Below the pieces are notes generated by a model that saw only the letters and a program-made list of their open reading frames with translations, had not been told where the DNA came from and ran no database searches. 64,000 bases of DNA, taken from NCBI GenBank assembly GCA_965655095.1, contig OZ296649.1, positions 131,564,001 to 131,628,000 of the forward strand, written 5' to 3'. Source of the DNA: Haplodiscus bocki. Taxonomy: Eukaryota. Shown here in pieces: positions 1 to 14,200 of this stretch. Every line of letters begins with the position of its first letter. The first letter of the stretch is position 1. The position numbers were made by a program, and so were the translations under genes.

Positions 1-499
1 TATTCATAAATTGTTTGAATGTTTATCGAGAATAACAAACAAGAAACTGAATATCAAAAAAGAAGTAGTTGAAAATTATAAAAATATGGACGAAGATTTC
101 GAAGAAAATTACTATTCTAGAACATCAAGAGGAGTATATAAAATTGGACATGAATCTGTAAGACTAATGTGATGGATGGCTTATTATGATAAATAGTATG
201 AAAATATAAATTATTAAGCTTAAATGGCGTCTGTTTCATCAACTTTTACTTGAAATTTCTGAATGGTAAATTTTATGTAGAGATAAGATAAACGATATAT
301 AATTCAACCCACATAAAACATAATATCAAAAGATCGCGAAAAGCCGTCGAGTTTAGGAGCTGAATATCAAGTTAATAATGATGTAAAAATGAGACGAAAT
401 GAAAAAGTTATTAAAAACGAAAAGAATGAATTGGAAATCAAATCTTACCCAAAAAAAAACAAACAAAAAGGAGAAAATTATCGATACACCAAAATTGAA

Positions 500-1140
500 A
501 TTTTTGACTATGATCTGGTAAAAGGCTGTTGTAAATGTAAAACAATACGTTTGAAAATCAATTTCTAGAGAAAGAAAACGACAAAGCATGGATGATATAA
601 ACCAGAATGCATATCTTGTTGTTAATAGTATTATTATGAGAATTGAGATCGCTTAATTAAGAATCAGAAAGAATATAATTATGAAAATATAGAACAGAAA
701 AAAATTATTATCAAGAAAACAAAGAAAGAATCATCAAACAATATTGAGTCTCAGAAAAATGAAAGAAAAATTGATTCAAATTTTAAAGTAACTCAACTTA
801 AGAAACTGAACTCGTAACGCTTTCAAATCACAAAGTGTTAGAAAATTTAATAAAACCTTTGATGTAATAGGATGCTTCATAAATTTTTGAAAAAATGGAT
901 CCACTGTCAACTTTATGGCGATATGACTATAGAAGATTTTGGTTCTGTTTGATCGATCGATTATTGTATTCCTATATCATCATTCAATCTATTAGATGAA
1001 AACGAAATGAGGAAGTGTTTTGGTTGGGTTAATTTAAGGCCTGTGAATTAATACTGAGAACAACTTGAAAAAGGTAAAAATTGATCAAAGGTTATACCTA
1101 CTACAAGAAGTGTTTACGAGCAAAATGTTTTAAGAATTAA
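500..1140 (+). pseudogene. HNH-type endonuclease pseudogene of the large-DNA-virus/phage family (prasinovirus 'endonuclease VII'-like), with an N-terminal CxxC...CxxC zinc finger; present in every unit
   Basis: Manual translation across stops and frameshifts gives KGCCKCKTI..NF*..KHG*YKPECISC, a K/E/Y-rich spacer, then NKTFDVIGC/LKKWIHCQLYGDMTIED(F/Y)GSV*SIDYCIPISSFNLLDENEMRKCFGWVNLRPV../ENN. This matches the remembered family pattern LGC...GM.WENYG.WHIDH..P...F.L......CF.Y.NLQPL...N. Confidence 0.72.
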
Positions 1141-1141
1141 T

Positions 1142-1757
1142 ATGAGCAAGAGGAATAAAACTAAAATCTTCATCGCTGAAATATATAGTAAGCCTCCAGA
1201 GAAAAAACGAAACCAATAAAAAATCTATTATCATATCGATGAAACATTTTGAAAATAAATAAAAGACATCATTATTCAAATTATCCTGAAATTGGTCCTT
1301 CAATAGCTGAACGCGTCATTAGAACTATGAGGAGTTTATTAGAGAAACCTGTATTTGAAAAAGGATATAGTGAATGGTTAACTGAACTGCCATTGGTAAT
1401 CAAAAAGTATAGCAATACCATTCACTACTCAACGAAAATGGCTCCAGTTCAAGATTCTTTGAAAAGAATGAAAAAGCAGTGTTTGCCATTCTCCAAGACA
1501 AAAGAAAGAAACATGAAGCAAATTTTCAACTATGACAATTAATTAAGACTGCGGATATTGAAAAAACTTTCTGAAAGGGAGATTCAACTAATTGGTCATA
1601 TAAATTATATACAATCACCGAAGTCATACACGATACAATCCCTAGCTATCGGACTAACTATCTACCCGAGAGATATAATGAGAACCTATTGAGACCTACA
1701 AAATTAACCTTAGATGAAAACAACCAAGTATTGAAAAACCTAAATTTAATTCAATAA
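1142..1757 (+). pseudogene. Polinton-type retroviral-like (DDE) integrase pseudogene with an internal deletion; present in every unit
   Basis: Reads MSKRNKTKIFIAEIYSKPPEK../TNKKIYYHIDET, then joins directly to LKINNIHHYS..GPSIAERVIRTMRSLLEKPVFEKG...WLTELP.VIKKYSNTIHYSTKMAPVQ../..TADIEKTF*KGDSTNWSYKLYTITEVIHDTIPSYRTNYLPERYNENLLRPTKL..LNLIQ*. The AER.IRT, Y.NT.H.S.KM.P and F.KG..NWS..Y.I motifs are typical of Polinton integrases. Confidence 0.9.
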
Positions 1758-1772
1758 AACCCTACTTAATAA

Positions 1773-2233
1773 ATGAATTTACCCGAAATTGAAGTTATTC
1801 AAAAGTATGCCAAACAATGCAAACATTGCAAACGAAACAAATCTTTACCATATGAGAATTAATGACGTGTATTCCATGTGATTATAACGTTGGAAGAAGA
1901 GAAAATGAACTTACTAAAATACAACGTAAAAAATAAACTTCATCAATCGGTTGAAATATGCTGAAAAAAATGATATGTTTTTGCATAGATATATATAAAA
2001 TTTATGAGGGTGATGATATTCATAAATTGTTTGAATATTTATCGAGAATAACAAACAAGAAACTGAATATCAAAAAAGAAGTAGTTGAAAAATATAAAAA
2101 TATGGACGAAGATTTCGAAGAAAATTACTATTCTAGAACATCAAGAGGAGTATATAAAATTGGACATGAATCTGTAAGACTAATGTAATGGATGGCTTAT
2201 TATGATAAATAGTATGAAAATATAAATTATTAA
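1773..2233 (+). pseudogene. Zn-ribbon protein A (~150 aa, unknown function), frameshifted; present in every unit
   Basis: MNLPEIEVIQKYAKQCKHCKRNKSLPYEN/TCIPCDYNV..RKK/INFINRLKYAEK/MICFCIDIYKIY...FEENYYSRTSRGVYKIGHESVRLM*WMAYYDK*YENINY*. The ORF-track entry 1958-2188 is its C-terminal fragment. Confidence 0.7.
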
Positions 2234-5200
2234 GCTTAAATGGCGTCTGTTTCATCAACTTTTACTTGAAATTTCTGAATGGTAAATTTTATGTAGAGAT
2301 AAGATAAACGATATATAATTCAACCCACATAAAATATAATATCAAAAGATCGCGAAGAGCCGTAGAGTTTAGGAGCTGAATATCAAGTTAATAATGATAT
2401 AAAAATGAGACGAAATCAAAAAGTTATTAAAAACGAAAAGAATGAATTGGAAATCAAATCTTACCCAAAAAAAAAACAAACAAAAAGGAGAAAATTATCG
2501 ATACACCAAAATTGAAATTTTTGAATATGATCTGGTAAAAGGCTGTTGTAAATGTAAAACAATACGTTTGAAAATCAATTTCTAGAGAAAGAAAACGACA
2601 AAGCATGGATGATATAAACCAGAATGCATATCTTGTTGTTAATAGTATTATTATGAGAATCGAGATCGCTTAATTAAGAATCAGAAAGAATATAATTATG
2701 AAAATATAGAACAGAAAAAAATTATTATCAAGAAAACAAAGAAAGAATCATCAAACAATATTGAGTCTCAGAAAAATGAAAGAAAAATTGATTCAAATTT
2801 TAAAGTAACTCAACTTAAGAAACTGAACTCGTAACGCTTCAAATCACAAAGTGTTAGAAAATTTAATAAAACTTTTGATGTAATAGGATGCTTCATAAAT
2901 TTCTTAAAAAATGGATCCACTGTCAACTTTATGGCGATATGACTATAGAAGATTATGGTTCTGTTTGATCGATCGAATATTGTATTCCTATATCATCATT
3001 CAATCTATTAGATGAAAACGAAATGAGGAAGTGTTTTGGTTGGGTTAATTTAAGGCCTGTGAATTGGTACTGAGAACAACTTGAAAAAGGTAAAAATTGA
3101 TCAAAGATTATACCTATTACAAGAAGTGTTTACGAGCAAAATGTTTTAAGAATTAATATGAGCAAGAGGAATAAAACTAAAATCTTCATCGCTGAAATAT
3201 ATAGTAAGCCTCCAGAGAAAAAACGAAACCAATAAAAAAATCTATTATCATATCGATGAAACATTTTGAAAATAAATAATATACATCATTATTCAAATTT
3301 TCCTGAAATTGGTCCTTCAATAGCTGAACGCGTCATTAGAACTATGTGAGGAGTTTATTAGAGAAACCTGTATTTGAAAAAGGATATAGTGAATGGTTAA
3401 CTGAACTGCCATTGGTAATAAAAAGTATAGCAATACCATTCACTACTCAACGAAAATGGCTCCAGTTCAAGATTCTTTGAAAAGAATGAAAAAGCAGTGT
3501 TTGCCATTCTCCAAGACAAAAGAAAGAAACATGAAGCAAAATTTCAACTATGACAATTAAATAAGACTGCGGATATTGAAAAAACTTTCTGAAAGGGAGA
3601 TTCAACTAATTGGTCATATAAATTATATACAATCACCGAAGTCATACACGATACAATCCCTAGCTATCGGACTAACTATCTACCCGAGAGATATAATGAG
3701 AACCTATTGAGACCTACAAAATTAACCTTAGATGAAAACAACCAAGTATTGAAAAACCTAAATTTAATTCAATAAAACCCTACTTAATAAATGAATTTAC
3801 CCGAAATTGAAGTTATTCAAAAGTATGCCAAACAATGCAAACATTGCAAACGAAACAAATCTTTACCATATGAGAATTAATGACGTGTATTCCATGTGAT
3901 TATAACGTTGGAAGAAGAGAAAATGAACTTACTAAAATACAACGTAAAAAAATAAACTTCATCAATCGGTTGAAATATGCTGAAAAAAATGATATGTTTT
4001 TGCATAGATATATATAAAATTTATGAGGGTGATGATATTCATAAATTGTTTGAATATTTATCGAGAATAACAAACAAGAAACTGAATATCAAAAAAGAAG
4101 TAGTTGAAAAATATAAAAATATGGACGAAGATTTCGAAGAAAATTACTATTCTAGAACATCAAGAGGAGTATATAAAATTGGACATGAATCTGTAAGACT
4201 AATGTAATGGATGGCTTATTATGATAAATAGTATGAAAATATAAATTATTAAGCTTAAATGGCGTCTGTTTCATCAACTTTTACTTGAAATTTCTGAATG
4301 GTAAATTTTATGTAGAGATAAGATAAACGATATTTAATTCAACCCACATAAAATATAATATCAAAAGATCGCGAAAAGCCGTAGAGTTTAGGAGCTGAAT
4401 ATCAAGTTAATAATGATATAAAAATGAGACGAAATCAAAAAGTTATTAAAAACGAAAAGAATGAATTGGAAATCAAATCTTACCCAAAAAAAAAACAAAC
4501 AAAAAGGAGAAAATTATCGATACACCAAAATTGAAATTTTTGACTATGATCTGGTAAAAGGCTGTTGTAAATGTAAAACAATACGTTTGAAAATCAATTT
4601 CTAGAGAAAGAAAACGACAAAGCATGGATGATATAAACCAGAATGCATATCTTGTTCTTAATAGTATTATTATGAGAATCGAGATCGCTTAATTAAGAAT
4701 CAGAAAGAATATAATTATGAAAATATAGAACAGAAAAAAATTATTATCAAGAAAACAAAGAAAGAATCATCAAACAATATTGAGTCTCAGAAAAATGAAA
4801 GAAAAATTCATTCAAATTTTAAAGTAACTCAACTTAAGAAACTGAACTCGTAACGCTTCAAATCACAAAGTGTTAGAAAATTTAATAAAACTTTTGATGT
4901 AATAGGATGCTTCATAAATTTCTTAAAAAATGGATCCACTGTCAACTTTATGGCGATATGACTATAGAAGATTATGGTTCTGTTTGATCGATCGAATATT
5001 GTATTCCTATATCATCATTCAATCTATTAGATGAAAACGAAATGAGGAAGTGTTTTGGTTGGGTTAATTTAAGGCCTGTGAATTGGTACTGAGAACAACT
5101 TGAAAAAGGTAAAAATTGATCAAAGATTATACCTATTACAAGAAGTGTTTACGAGCAAAATGTTTTAAGAATTAATATGAGCAAGAGGAATAAAACTAAA

Positions 5201-8200
5201 ATCTTCATCGCTGAAATATATAGTAAGCCTCCAGAGAAAAAACGAAACCAATAAAAAAATCTATTATCATATCGATGAAACATTTTGAAAATAAATAATA
5301 TACATCATTATTCAAATTTTCCTGAAATTGGTCCTTCAATAGCTGAACGCGTCATTAGAACTATGTGAGGAGTTTATTAGAGAAACCTGTATTTGAAAAA
5401 GGATATAGTGAATGGTTAACTGAACTGCCATTGGTAATAAAAAGTATAGCAATACCATTCACTACTCAACGAAAATGGCTCCAGTTCAAGATTCTTTGAA
5501 AAGAATGAAAAAGCAGTGTTTGCCATTCTCCAAGACAAAAGAAAGAAACATGAAGCAAAATTTCAACTATGACAATTAAATAAGACTGCGGATATTGAAA
5601 AAACTTTCTGAAAGGGAGATTCAACTAATTGGTCATATAAATTATATACAATCACCGAAGTCATACACGATACAATCCCTAGCTATCGGACTAACTATCT
5701 ACCCGAGAGATATAATGAGAACCTATTGAGACCTACAAAATTAACCTTAGATGAAAACAACCAAGTATTGAAAAACCTAAATTTAATTCAATAAAACCCT
5801 ACTTAATAAATGAATTTAACCGAAATTGAAGTTATTGAAAAGTATGCCAAACAATGCAAACATTGCAGACGAAACAAATCTTTACCATATGAGAATTAAT
5901 GACGTGTATTCCATGCGATTATAACGTTGTAAGAAGAGAAAATGAACTTACTAAAATACAACGTAAAAAATAAACTTCATCAATCGGTTGAAATATGCTG
6001 AAAAAAATGATATGTTTTTGCATAGATATATATAAAATTTATGAGGGTGATGATATTCATAAATTGTTTGAATATTTATCGAGAATAACAAACAAGAAAC
6101 TGAATATCAAAAAAGAAGTAGTTGAAAATTATAAAAATATGGACGAAGATTTCGAAGAAAATTACTATTCTAGAACATCAAGAGGAGTATATAAAATTGG
6201 ACATGAATCTGTAAGACTAATGTGATGGATGGCTTATTATGATAAATAGTATGAAAATATAAATTATTAAGCTTAAATGGCGTCTGTTTCATCAACTTTT
6301 ACTTGAAATTTCTGAATGGTAAATTTTATGTAGAGATAAGATAAACGATATATAATTCAACCCACATAAAACATAATATCAAAAGATCGCGAAAAGCCGT
6401 CGAGTTTAGGAGCTGAATATCAAGTTAATAATGATGTAAAAATGAGACGAAATGAAAAAGTTATTAAAAACGAAAAGAATGAATTGGAAATCAAATCTTA
6501 CCCAAAAAAAAACAAACAAAAAGGAGAAAATTATCGATACACCAAAATTGAAATTTTTGACTATGATCTGGTAAAAGGCTGTTGTAAATGTAAAACAATA
6601 CGTTTGAAAATCAATTTCTAGAGAAAGAAAACGACAAAGCATGGATGATATAAACCAGAATGCATATCTTGTTGTTAATAGTATTATTATGAGAATTGAG
6701 ATCGCTTAATTAAGAATCAGAAAGAATATAATTATGAAAATATAGAACAGAAAAAAATTATTATCAAGAAAACAAAGAAAGAATCATCAAACAATTTTGA
6801 GTCTCAGAAAAATGAAAGAAAAATTGATTCAAATTTTAAAGTAACTCAACTTAAGAAACTGAACTCGTAACGCCTTCAAATCACAAAGTGTTAGAAAATT
6901 TAATAAAACCTTTGATGTAATAGGATGCTTCATAAATTTTTGAAAAAATGGATCCACTGTCAACTTTATGGCGATATGACTATAGAAGATTTTGGTTCTG
7001 TTTGATCGATCGATTATTGTATTCCTATATCATCATTCAATCTATTAGATGAAAACGAAATGAGGAAGTGTTTTGGTTGGGTTAATTTAGGGCCTGTGAA
7101 TTAATACTAAGAACAACTTGAAAAAGGTAAAAATTGATCAAAGATTATACCTATTACAAGAAGTGTTTACGAGCAAAATGTTTTAAGAATTAATATGAGC
7201 AAGAGGAACAAAATTAAAATCTTCATCGCTGAAATATATAGTAAGCCTCCAGAGAAAAAACGAAACCAATAAAAAATCTATTATCATATCGACGAAACAT
7301 TTTGAAAATAAATAATATACATCATTATTCAAATTTTCCTGAAAAAGGTCCTTCAATAGCTGAACGCGTCATTAGAACTATGAGGAGTTTATTAGAGAAA
7401 CCTGTATTTGAAAAAGGATATAGTGGATGGTTAACTGAACTGCCATTGGTAATCAAAAAGTATAGCAATACCATTCACTACTCAACGAAAATGGCTCCAG
7501 TTCAAGATTCTTTGAAAAGAATGAAAAAGCAGTGTTTGCCATTCTCCAAGACAAAAGAAAGAAACATGAAGCAAAATTTCAACTATGACAATTAATTAAG
7601 ACTGCGGATATTGAAAAAACTTTCTGGAAGGGAGATTCAACTAATTGGTCATATAAATTATATACAATCACCGAAGTCATACACGATACAATCCCTAGCT
7701 ATCGGACTAACTATCTACCCGAGAGATATAATGAGAACCTATTGAGACCTACAAAATTAACCTTAGATGAAAACAACCAAGTATTGAAAAACCTAAATTT
7801 AATTCAATAAAACCCTACTTAATAAATGAATTAACCCGAAATTGAAGTTATTCAAAAGTATGCCAAACAATGCAAACATTGCAGACGAAACAAATCGTTA
7901 CCATATGAGAATTAATGACGTGTATTCCATGTGATTATAACGTTGTAAGAAGAGAAAATGAACTTACTAAAATACAACGTAAAAAAAATAAACTTCATCA
8001 ATCGGTTGAAATATGCTGAAAAAAATGATATGTTTTTGCATAGATATATATAAAATTTATGATGGTGATGATATTCATAAATTGTTTGAATGTTTATCGA
8101 GAATAACAAACAAGAAACTGAATATCAAAAAAGAAGTAGTTGAAAAATATAAAAATATGGACGAAGATTTCGAAGAAAATTACTATTCTAGAACATCAAG

Positions 8201-11200
8201 AGGAGTATATAAAATTGGACATGAATCTGTAAGACTAATGCAATGGATGGCTTATTATGATAAATAGTATGAAAATATAAATTATTAAGCTTAAATGGCG
8301 TCTGTTTCATCAACTTTTACTAGAAATTTCTGAATGGTAAATTTTATGTAGAGATAAGATAAACGATATATAATTCAACCCACATAAAATATAATATCAA
8401 AAGATCGCGAAAAGCCGTAGAGTTTAGGAGCTGAATATCAAGTTAATAATGATATAAAAATGAGACGAAATCAAAAAGTTTTTAAAAACGAAAAGAATGA
8501 ATTGGAAATCAAATCTTACCCAAAAAAACAAACAAAAAGGAGAAAATTATCGATACACCAAAATTGAAATTTTTGAATATGATCTGGTAAAAGGCTGTTG
8601 TAAATGTAAAACAATACGTTTGAAAATCAATTTCTAGAGAAAGAAAACGACAAAGCATGGATGATATAAACCAGAATGCATATCTTGTTGTTAATAGTAT
8701 TATTATGAGAATTGAGATCGCTTAATTAAGAATCAGAAAGAATATAATTATGAAAATATAGAACAGAAAAAAAATTATTATCAAGAAAACAAAGAAAGAA
8801 TCATCAAACAATATTGAGTCTCAGAAAAATGAAAGAAAAATTGATTCAAATTTTAAAGTAACTCAACTTAAGAAACTGAACTCGTAACGCTTTCAAATCA
8901 CAAAGTGTTAGAAAATTTAATAAAACTTTTGATGTAATAGGATGCTTCATAAATTTTTGAAAAAATGGATCCACTGTCAACTTTATGGCGATATGACTAT
9001 AGAAGATTATGGTTCTGTTTGATCGATCGATTATTGTATTCCTATATCATCATTCAATCTATTAGATGGAAACGAAATGAGGAAGTGTTTTGGTTGGGTT
9101 AATTTAAGGCCTGTGAATTAATACTGAGAACAACTTGAAAAAGGTAAAAATTGATCAAAGATTATACCTATTACAAGAAGTGTTTACGAGCAAAATGTTT
9201 TAAGAATTAATATGAGCAAGAGGAATAAAACTAAAATCTTCATCGCTGAAATATATAGTAAGCCTCCAGAGAAAAAACGAAACCAATAAAAAATCTATTA
9301 TCATATCGATGAAACATTTTGAAAATAAATAATATACATCATTATTCAAATTTTCCTGAAATTGGACCTTCAATAGCTGAACGCGTCATTAGAACTATGA
9401 GGAGTTTATTAGAGAAACCTGTATTTGAAAAAGGATATAGTGAATGGTTAACTGAACTGCCATTGGTAATCAAAAAGTATAGCAATACCATTCACTACTC
9501 AACGAAAATGGCTCCAGTTCAAGATTCTTTGAAAAGAATGAAAAAGCAGTGTTTGCCATTCTCCAAGACAAAAGAAAGAAACATGAAGCAAATTTTCAAC
9601 TATGACAATTAATTAAGACTGCGGATATTGAAAAAACTTTCTGAAAGGGAGATTCAACTAATTGGTCATATAAATTATATACAATCACCGAAGTCATACA
9701 CGATACAATCCCTAGCTATCGGACTAACTATCTACCCGAGAGATATAATGAGAACCTATTGAGACCTACAAAATTAACCTTAGATGAAAACAACCAAGTA
9801 TTGAAAAACCTAAATTTAATTCAATAAAACCCTACTTAATAAATGAATTAACCCGAAACTGAAGTTATTCAAAAGTATGCCAAACAATGCAAACATTGCA
9901 GACGAAACAAATCTTTACCATATGAGAATTAATGACGTGTATTCCATGTGATTATAACGTTGTAAGAAGAGAAAATGATTTTACTAAAATACAACGTAAA
10001 AAAATAAACTTCATCAATCGGTTGAAATATGCTGAAAAAAATTATATGTTTTTGCATAGATATATATAAAATTTATGAGGGTGATGATATTCATAAATTG
10101 TTTGAATGTTTATCGAGAATAACAAACAAGAAACTGAATATCAAAAAAAGTAGTTGAAAAATATAAAAATATGGACGAAGATTTCGAAGAAAATTACTAT
10201 TCTAGAACATCAAGAGGAGTATATAAAATTGGACATGAATCTGTAAGACTAATGTAATGGATGGCTTATTATCATAAATAGTATGAAAATATAAATTATT
10301 AAGCTTAAATGGCGTCTGTTTCATCAACTTTTACTTGAAATTTCTGAATGGTAAATTTTATGTAGAGATAAGATAAACGATATATAATTCAACCCACATA
10401 AAATATAATATCAAAAGATCGCGAAAAGCCGTAGAGTTTAGGAGCTGAATATCAAGTTAATAATGATATAAAAATGAGACGAAATCAAAAAGTTATTAAA
10501 AATGAAAAGAATGAATTGGAAATCAAATCTTACCCAAAAAAAAACAAACAAAAAGGAGAAAATTATCGATACATCAAAATTGAAATTTTTGACTATGATC
10601 TGGTAAAAGGCTGTTGTTAATGTAAAACAATACGTTTGAAAATCAATTTCTAGAGAAAGAAAACGACAAAGCACGGATGATATGAACCAGAATGCATATC
10701 TTGTTGTTAATAGTATTATTATGAGAATTGAGATCGCTTAATTAAGAATCAGAAAGAATATAATTATGAAAATATAGAACAGAAATAAATTATTATCAAG
10801 AAAACAAAGAAAGAATCATCAAACAATATTGAGTCTCAGAAAAATGAAAGAAAAATTGATTCAAATTTTAAAGTAACTCAACTTAAGAAACTGAACTCGT
10901 AACGCTTTCAAATCACAAAGTGTTAGAAAATTTAATAAAGCTTTTGATGTAATAGGATGCTTCATAAATTTTTGAAAAAATGGATCCACTGTCAACTTTA
11001 TGGCGATATGACTATAGAAGATTATGGTTCTGTTTGATCGATCGATTATTGTATTCCTATATCATCATTCAGTCTATTAGATGAAAACGAAATGAGGAAG
11101 TGTTTTGGTTGGGTTATTTTAAGGCCTGTGAATTGGTACTGAGAACAACTTGAAAAAGGTAAAAATTGATCAAAGATTATACCTATTACAAGAAGTGTTT

Positions 11201-14200
11201 ACGAGCAAAATGTTTTAAGAATTAATATGAGCAAGAGGAATAAAACTAAACTTTTCATCGCTGAAATATATAGTAAGCCTCCAGAGAAAAAACGAAACCA
11301 ATAAAAAATCTATTATCATATCGATGAAACATTTTGAAAATAAATAATATACATCATTATTCAAATTTTCCTGAAATTGGTCCTTCAATAGCTGAACGCG
11401 TCATTAGAACTATGAGGAGTTTATTAGAGAAACCTGTATTTGAAAAAGGATATAGTGAATGGTTAACTGAACTGCCATTGGTAATCAAAAAGTATAGCAA
11501 TACCATTCACTACTCAACGAAAATGGCTCCAGTTCAAGATTCTTTGAAAAGAATGAAAAAGCAGTGTTTGCCATTCTCCAAGACAAAAGAAAGAAACATG
11601 AAGCAAATTTTCAACTATGACAATTAATTAAGACTGCGGATATTGAAAAAACTTTCTGAAAGGGAGATTCAACTAATTGGTCATATAAATTATATACAAT
11701 CACCGAAGTCATACACGATACAATCCCTAGCTATCGGACTAACTATCTACCCGAGAGATATAATGAGAACCTATTGAGACCTACAAAATTAACCTTAGAT
11801 GAAAACAACCAAGTATTGAAAAACCTAAATTTAATTCAATAAAACCCTACTTAATAAATGAATTAACCCGAAACTGAAGTTATTCAAAAGTATGCCAAAC
11901 AATGCAAACATTGCAGACGAAACAAATCTTTACCATATGAGAATTAATGACGTGTATTCCATGTGATTATAACGTTGTAAGAAGAGAAAATGATTTTACT
12001 AAAATACAACGTAAAAAAATAAACTTCATCAATCGGTTGAAATATGCTGAAAAAAATGATATGTTTTTGCATAGATATATATAAAATTTATGAGGGTGAT
12101 GATATTCATAAATTGTTTGAATGTTTATCGAGAATAACAAACAAGAAACTGAATATCAAAAAAAAGTAGTTGAAAAATATAAAAATATGGACGAAGATTT
12201 CGAAGAAAATTACTATTCTAGAACATCAAGAGGAGTATATAAAATTGGACATGAATCTGTAAGACTAATGTAATGGATGGCTTACTATCATAAATAGTAT
12301 GAAAATATAAATTATTAAGCTTAAATGGCGTCTGTTTCATCAACTTTTACTTGAAATTTCTGAATGGTAAATTTTATGTAGAGATAAGATAAACGATATA
12401 TAATTCAACCCACATAAAATATAATATCAAAAGATCGCGAAAAGCCGTAGAGTTTAGGAGCTGAATATCAAGTTAATAATGATATAAAAATGAGACGAAA
12501 TCAAAAAGTTTTTAAAAACGAAAAGAATGAATTGGAAATCAAATCTTACCCAAAAAAACAAACAAAAAGGAGAAAATTATCGATACACCAAAATTGAAAT
12601 TTTTGAATATGATCTGGTAAAAGGCTGTTGTAAATGTAAAACAATACGTTTGAAAATCAATTTCTAGAGAAAGAAAACGACAAAGCATGGATGATATAAA
12701 CCAGAATGCATATCTTGTTGTTAATAGTATTATTATGAGAATTGAGATCGCTTAATTAAGAATCAGAAAGAATATAATTATGAAAATATAGAACAGAAAA
12801 AAAATTATTATCAAGAAAACAAAGAAAGAATCATCAAACAATATTGAGTCTCAGAAAAATGAAAGAAAAATTGATTCAAATTTTAAAGTAACTCAACTTA
12901 AGAAACTGAACTCGTAACGCTTTCAAATCACAAAGTGTTAGAAAATTTAATAAAGCTTTTGATGTAATAGGATGCTTCATAAATTTTTGAAAAAATGGAT
13001 CCACTGTCAACTTTATGGCGATATGACTATAGAAGATTATGGTTCTGTTTGATCGATCGATTATTGTATTCCTATATCATCATTCAGTCTATTAGATGAA
13101 AACGAAATGAGGAAGTGTTTTGGTTGGGTTATTTTAAGGCCTGTGAATTGGTACTGAGAACAACTTGAAAAAGGTAAAAATTGATCAAAGATTATACCTA
13201 TCAGAAGAAATGTTTACGAGCAAAATGTTTTAAGAATTAATATGAGCAAAAGGAATAAAACTAAAATCTTCAGCGCTGAAATATATAGTAAGCCTCCAGA
13301 GAAAAAACGAAACCAATAAAAAATCTATTATCATATCGATGAAACATTTTGAAAATAAATAATATACATCATTATTCAAATTTTCCTGAAATTGGTCCTT
13401 CAATAGCTGAACGCGTCATTAGAACTATGAGGAGTTTATTAGAGAAACCTGTATTTGAAAAAGGATATAGTGAATGGTTAACTGAACTGCCATTGGTAAT
13501 CAAAAAGTATAGCAATACCATTCACTACTCAACGAAAATGGCTCCAGTTCAAGATTCTTTGAAAAGAATGAAAAAGCAGTGTTTGCCATTCTCCAAGACA
13601 AAAGAAAGAAACATGAAGCAAAATTTCAACTATGACAATTAATTAAGACTGCGGATATTGAAAAAACTTTCTGAAAGGGAGATTCAACTAATTGGTCATA
13701 TAAATTATATACAATCACCGAAGTCATACACGATACAATCCCTAGCTATCGGACTAACTATCTACCCGAGAGATATAATGAGAACCTATTGAGACCTACA
13801 AAATTAACCTTAGATGAAAACAACCAAGTATTGAAAAACCTAAATTTAATTTAATAAAACCCTACTTAATAAATGAATTAACCCGAAATTGAAGTTATTC
13901 AAAAGTATGCCAAACAATGCAAACATTGCAGACGAAACAAATCTTTACCATATGAGAATTAATGACGTGTATTCCATGTGATTATAACGTTGTAAGAAGA
14001 GAAAATGAACTTACTAAAATACAACGTAAAAAAAATAAACTTCATCAATCGGTTGAAATATGCTGAAAAAAATGATGTTTTTGCATAGATATATATAAAA
14101 TTTATGAGGGTGATGATATTCATAAATTGTTTGAATGTTTATCGAGAATAACAAACAAGAAACTGAATATCAAAAAAGAAGTAGTTGAAAAATATAAAAA

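Noticed and set aside
353-589. Minus-strand Phe-rich ORFs in the array (353, 6406, 10438, 16484)
   Set aside because: Antisense shadows of A-rich plus-strand viral pseudogene sequence; open in only some units.
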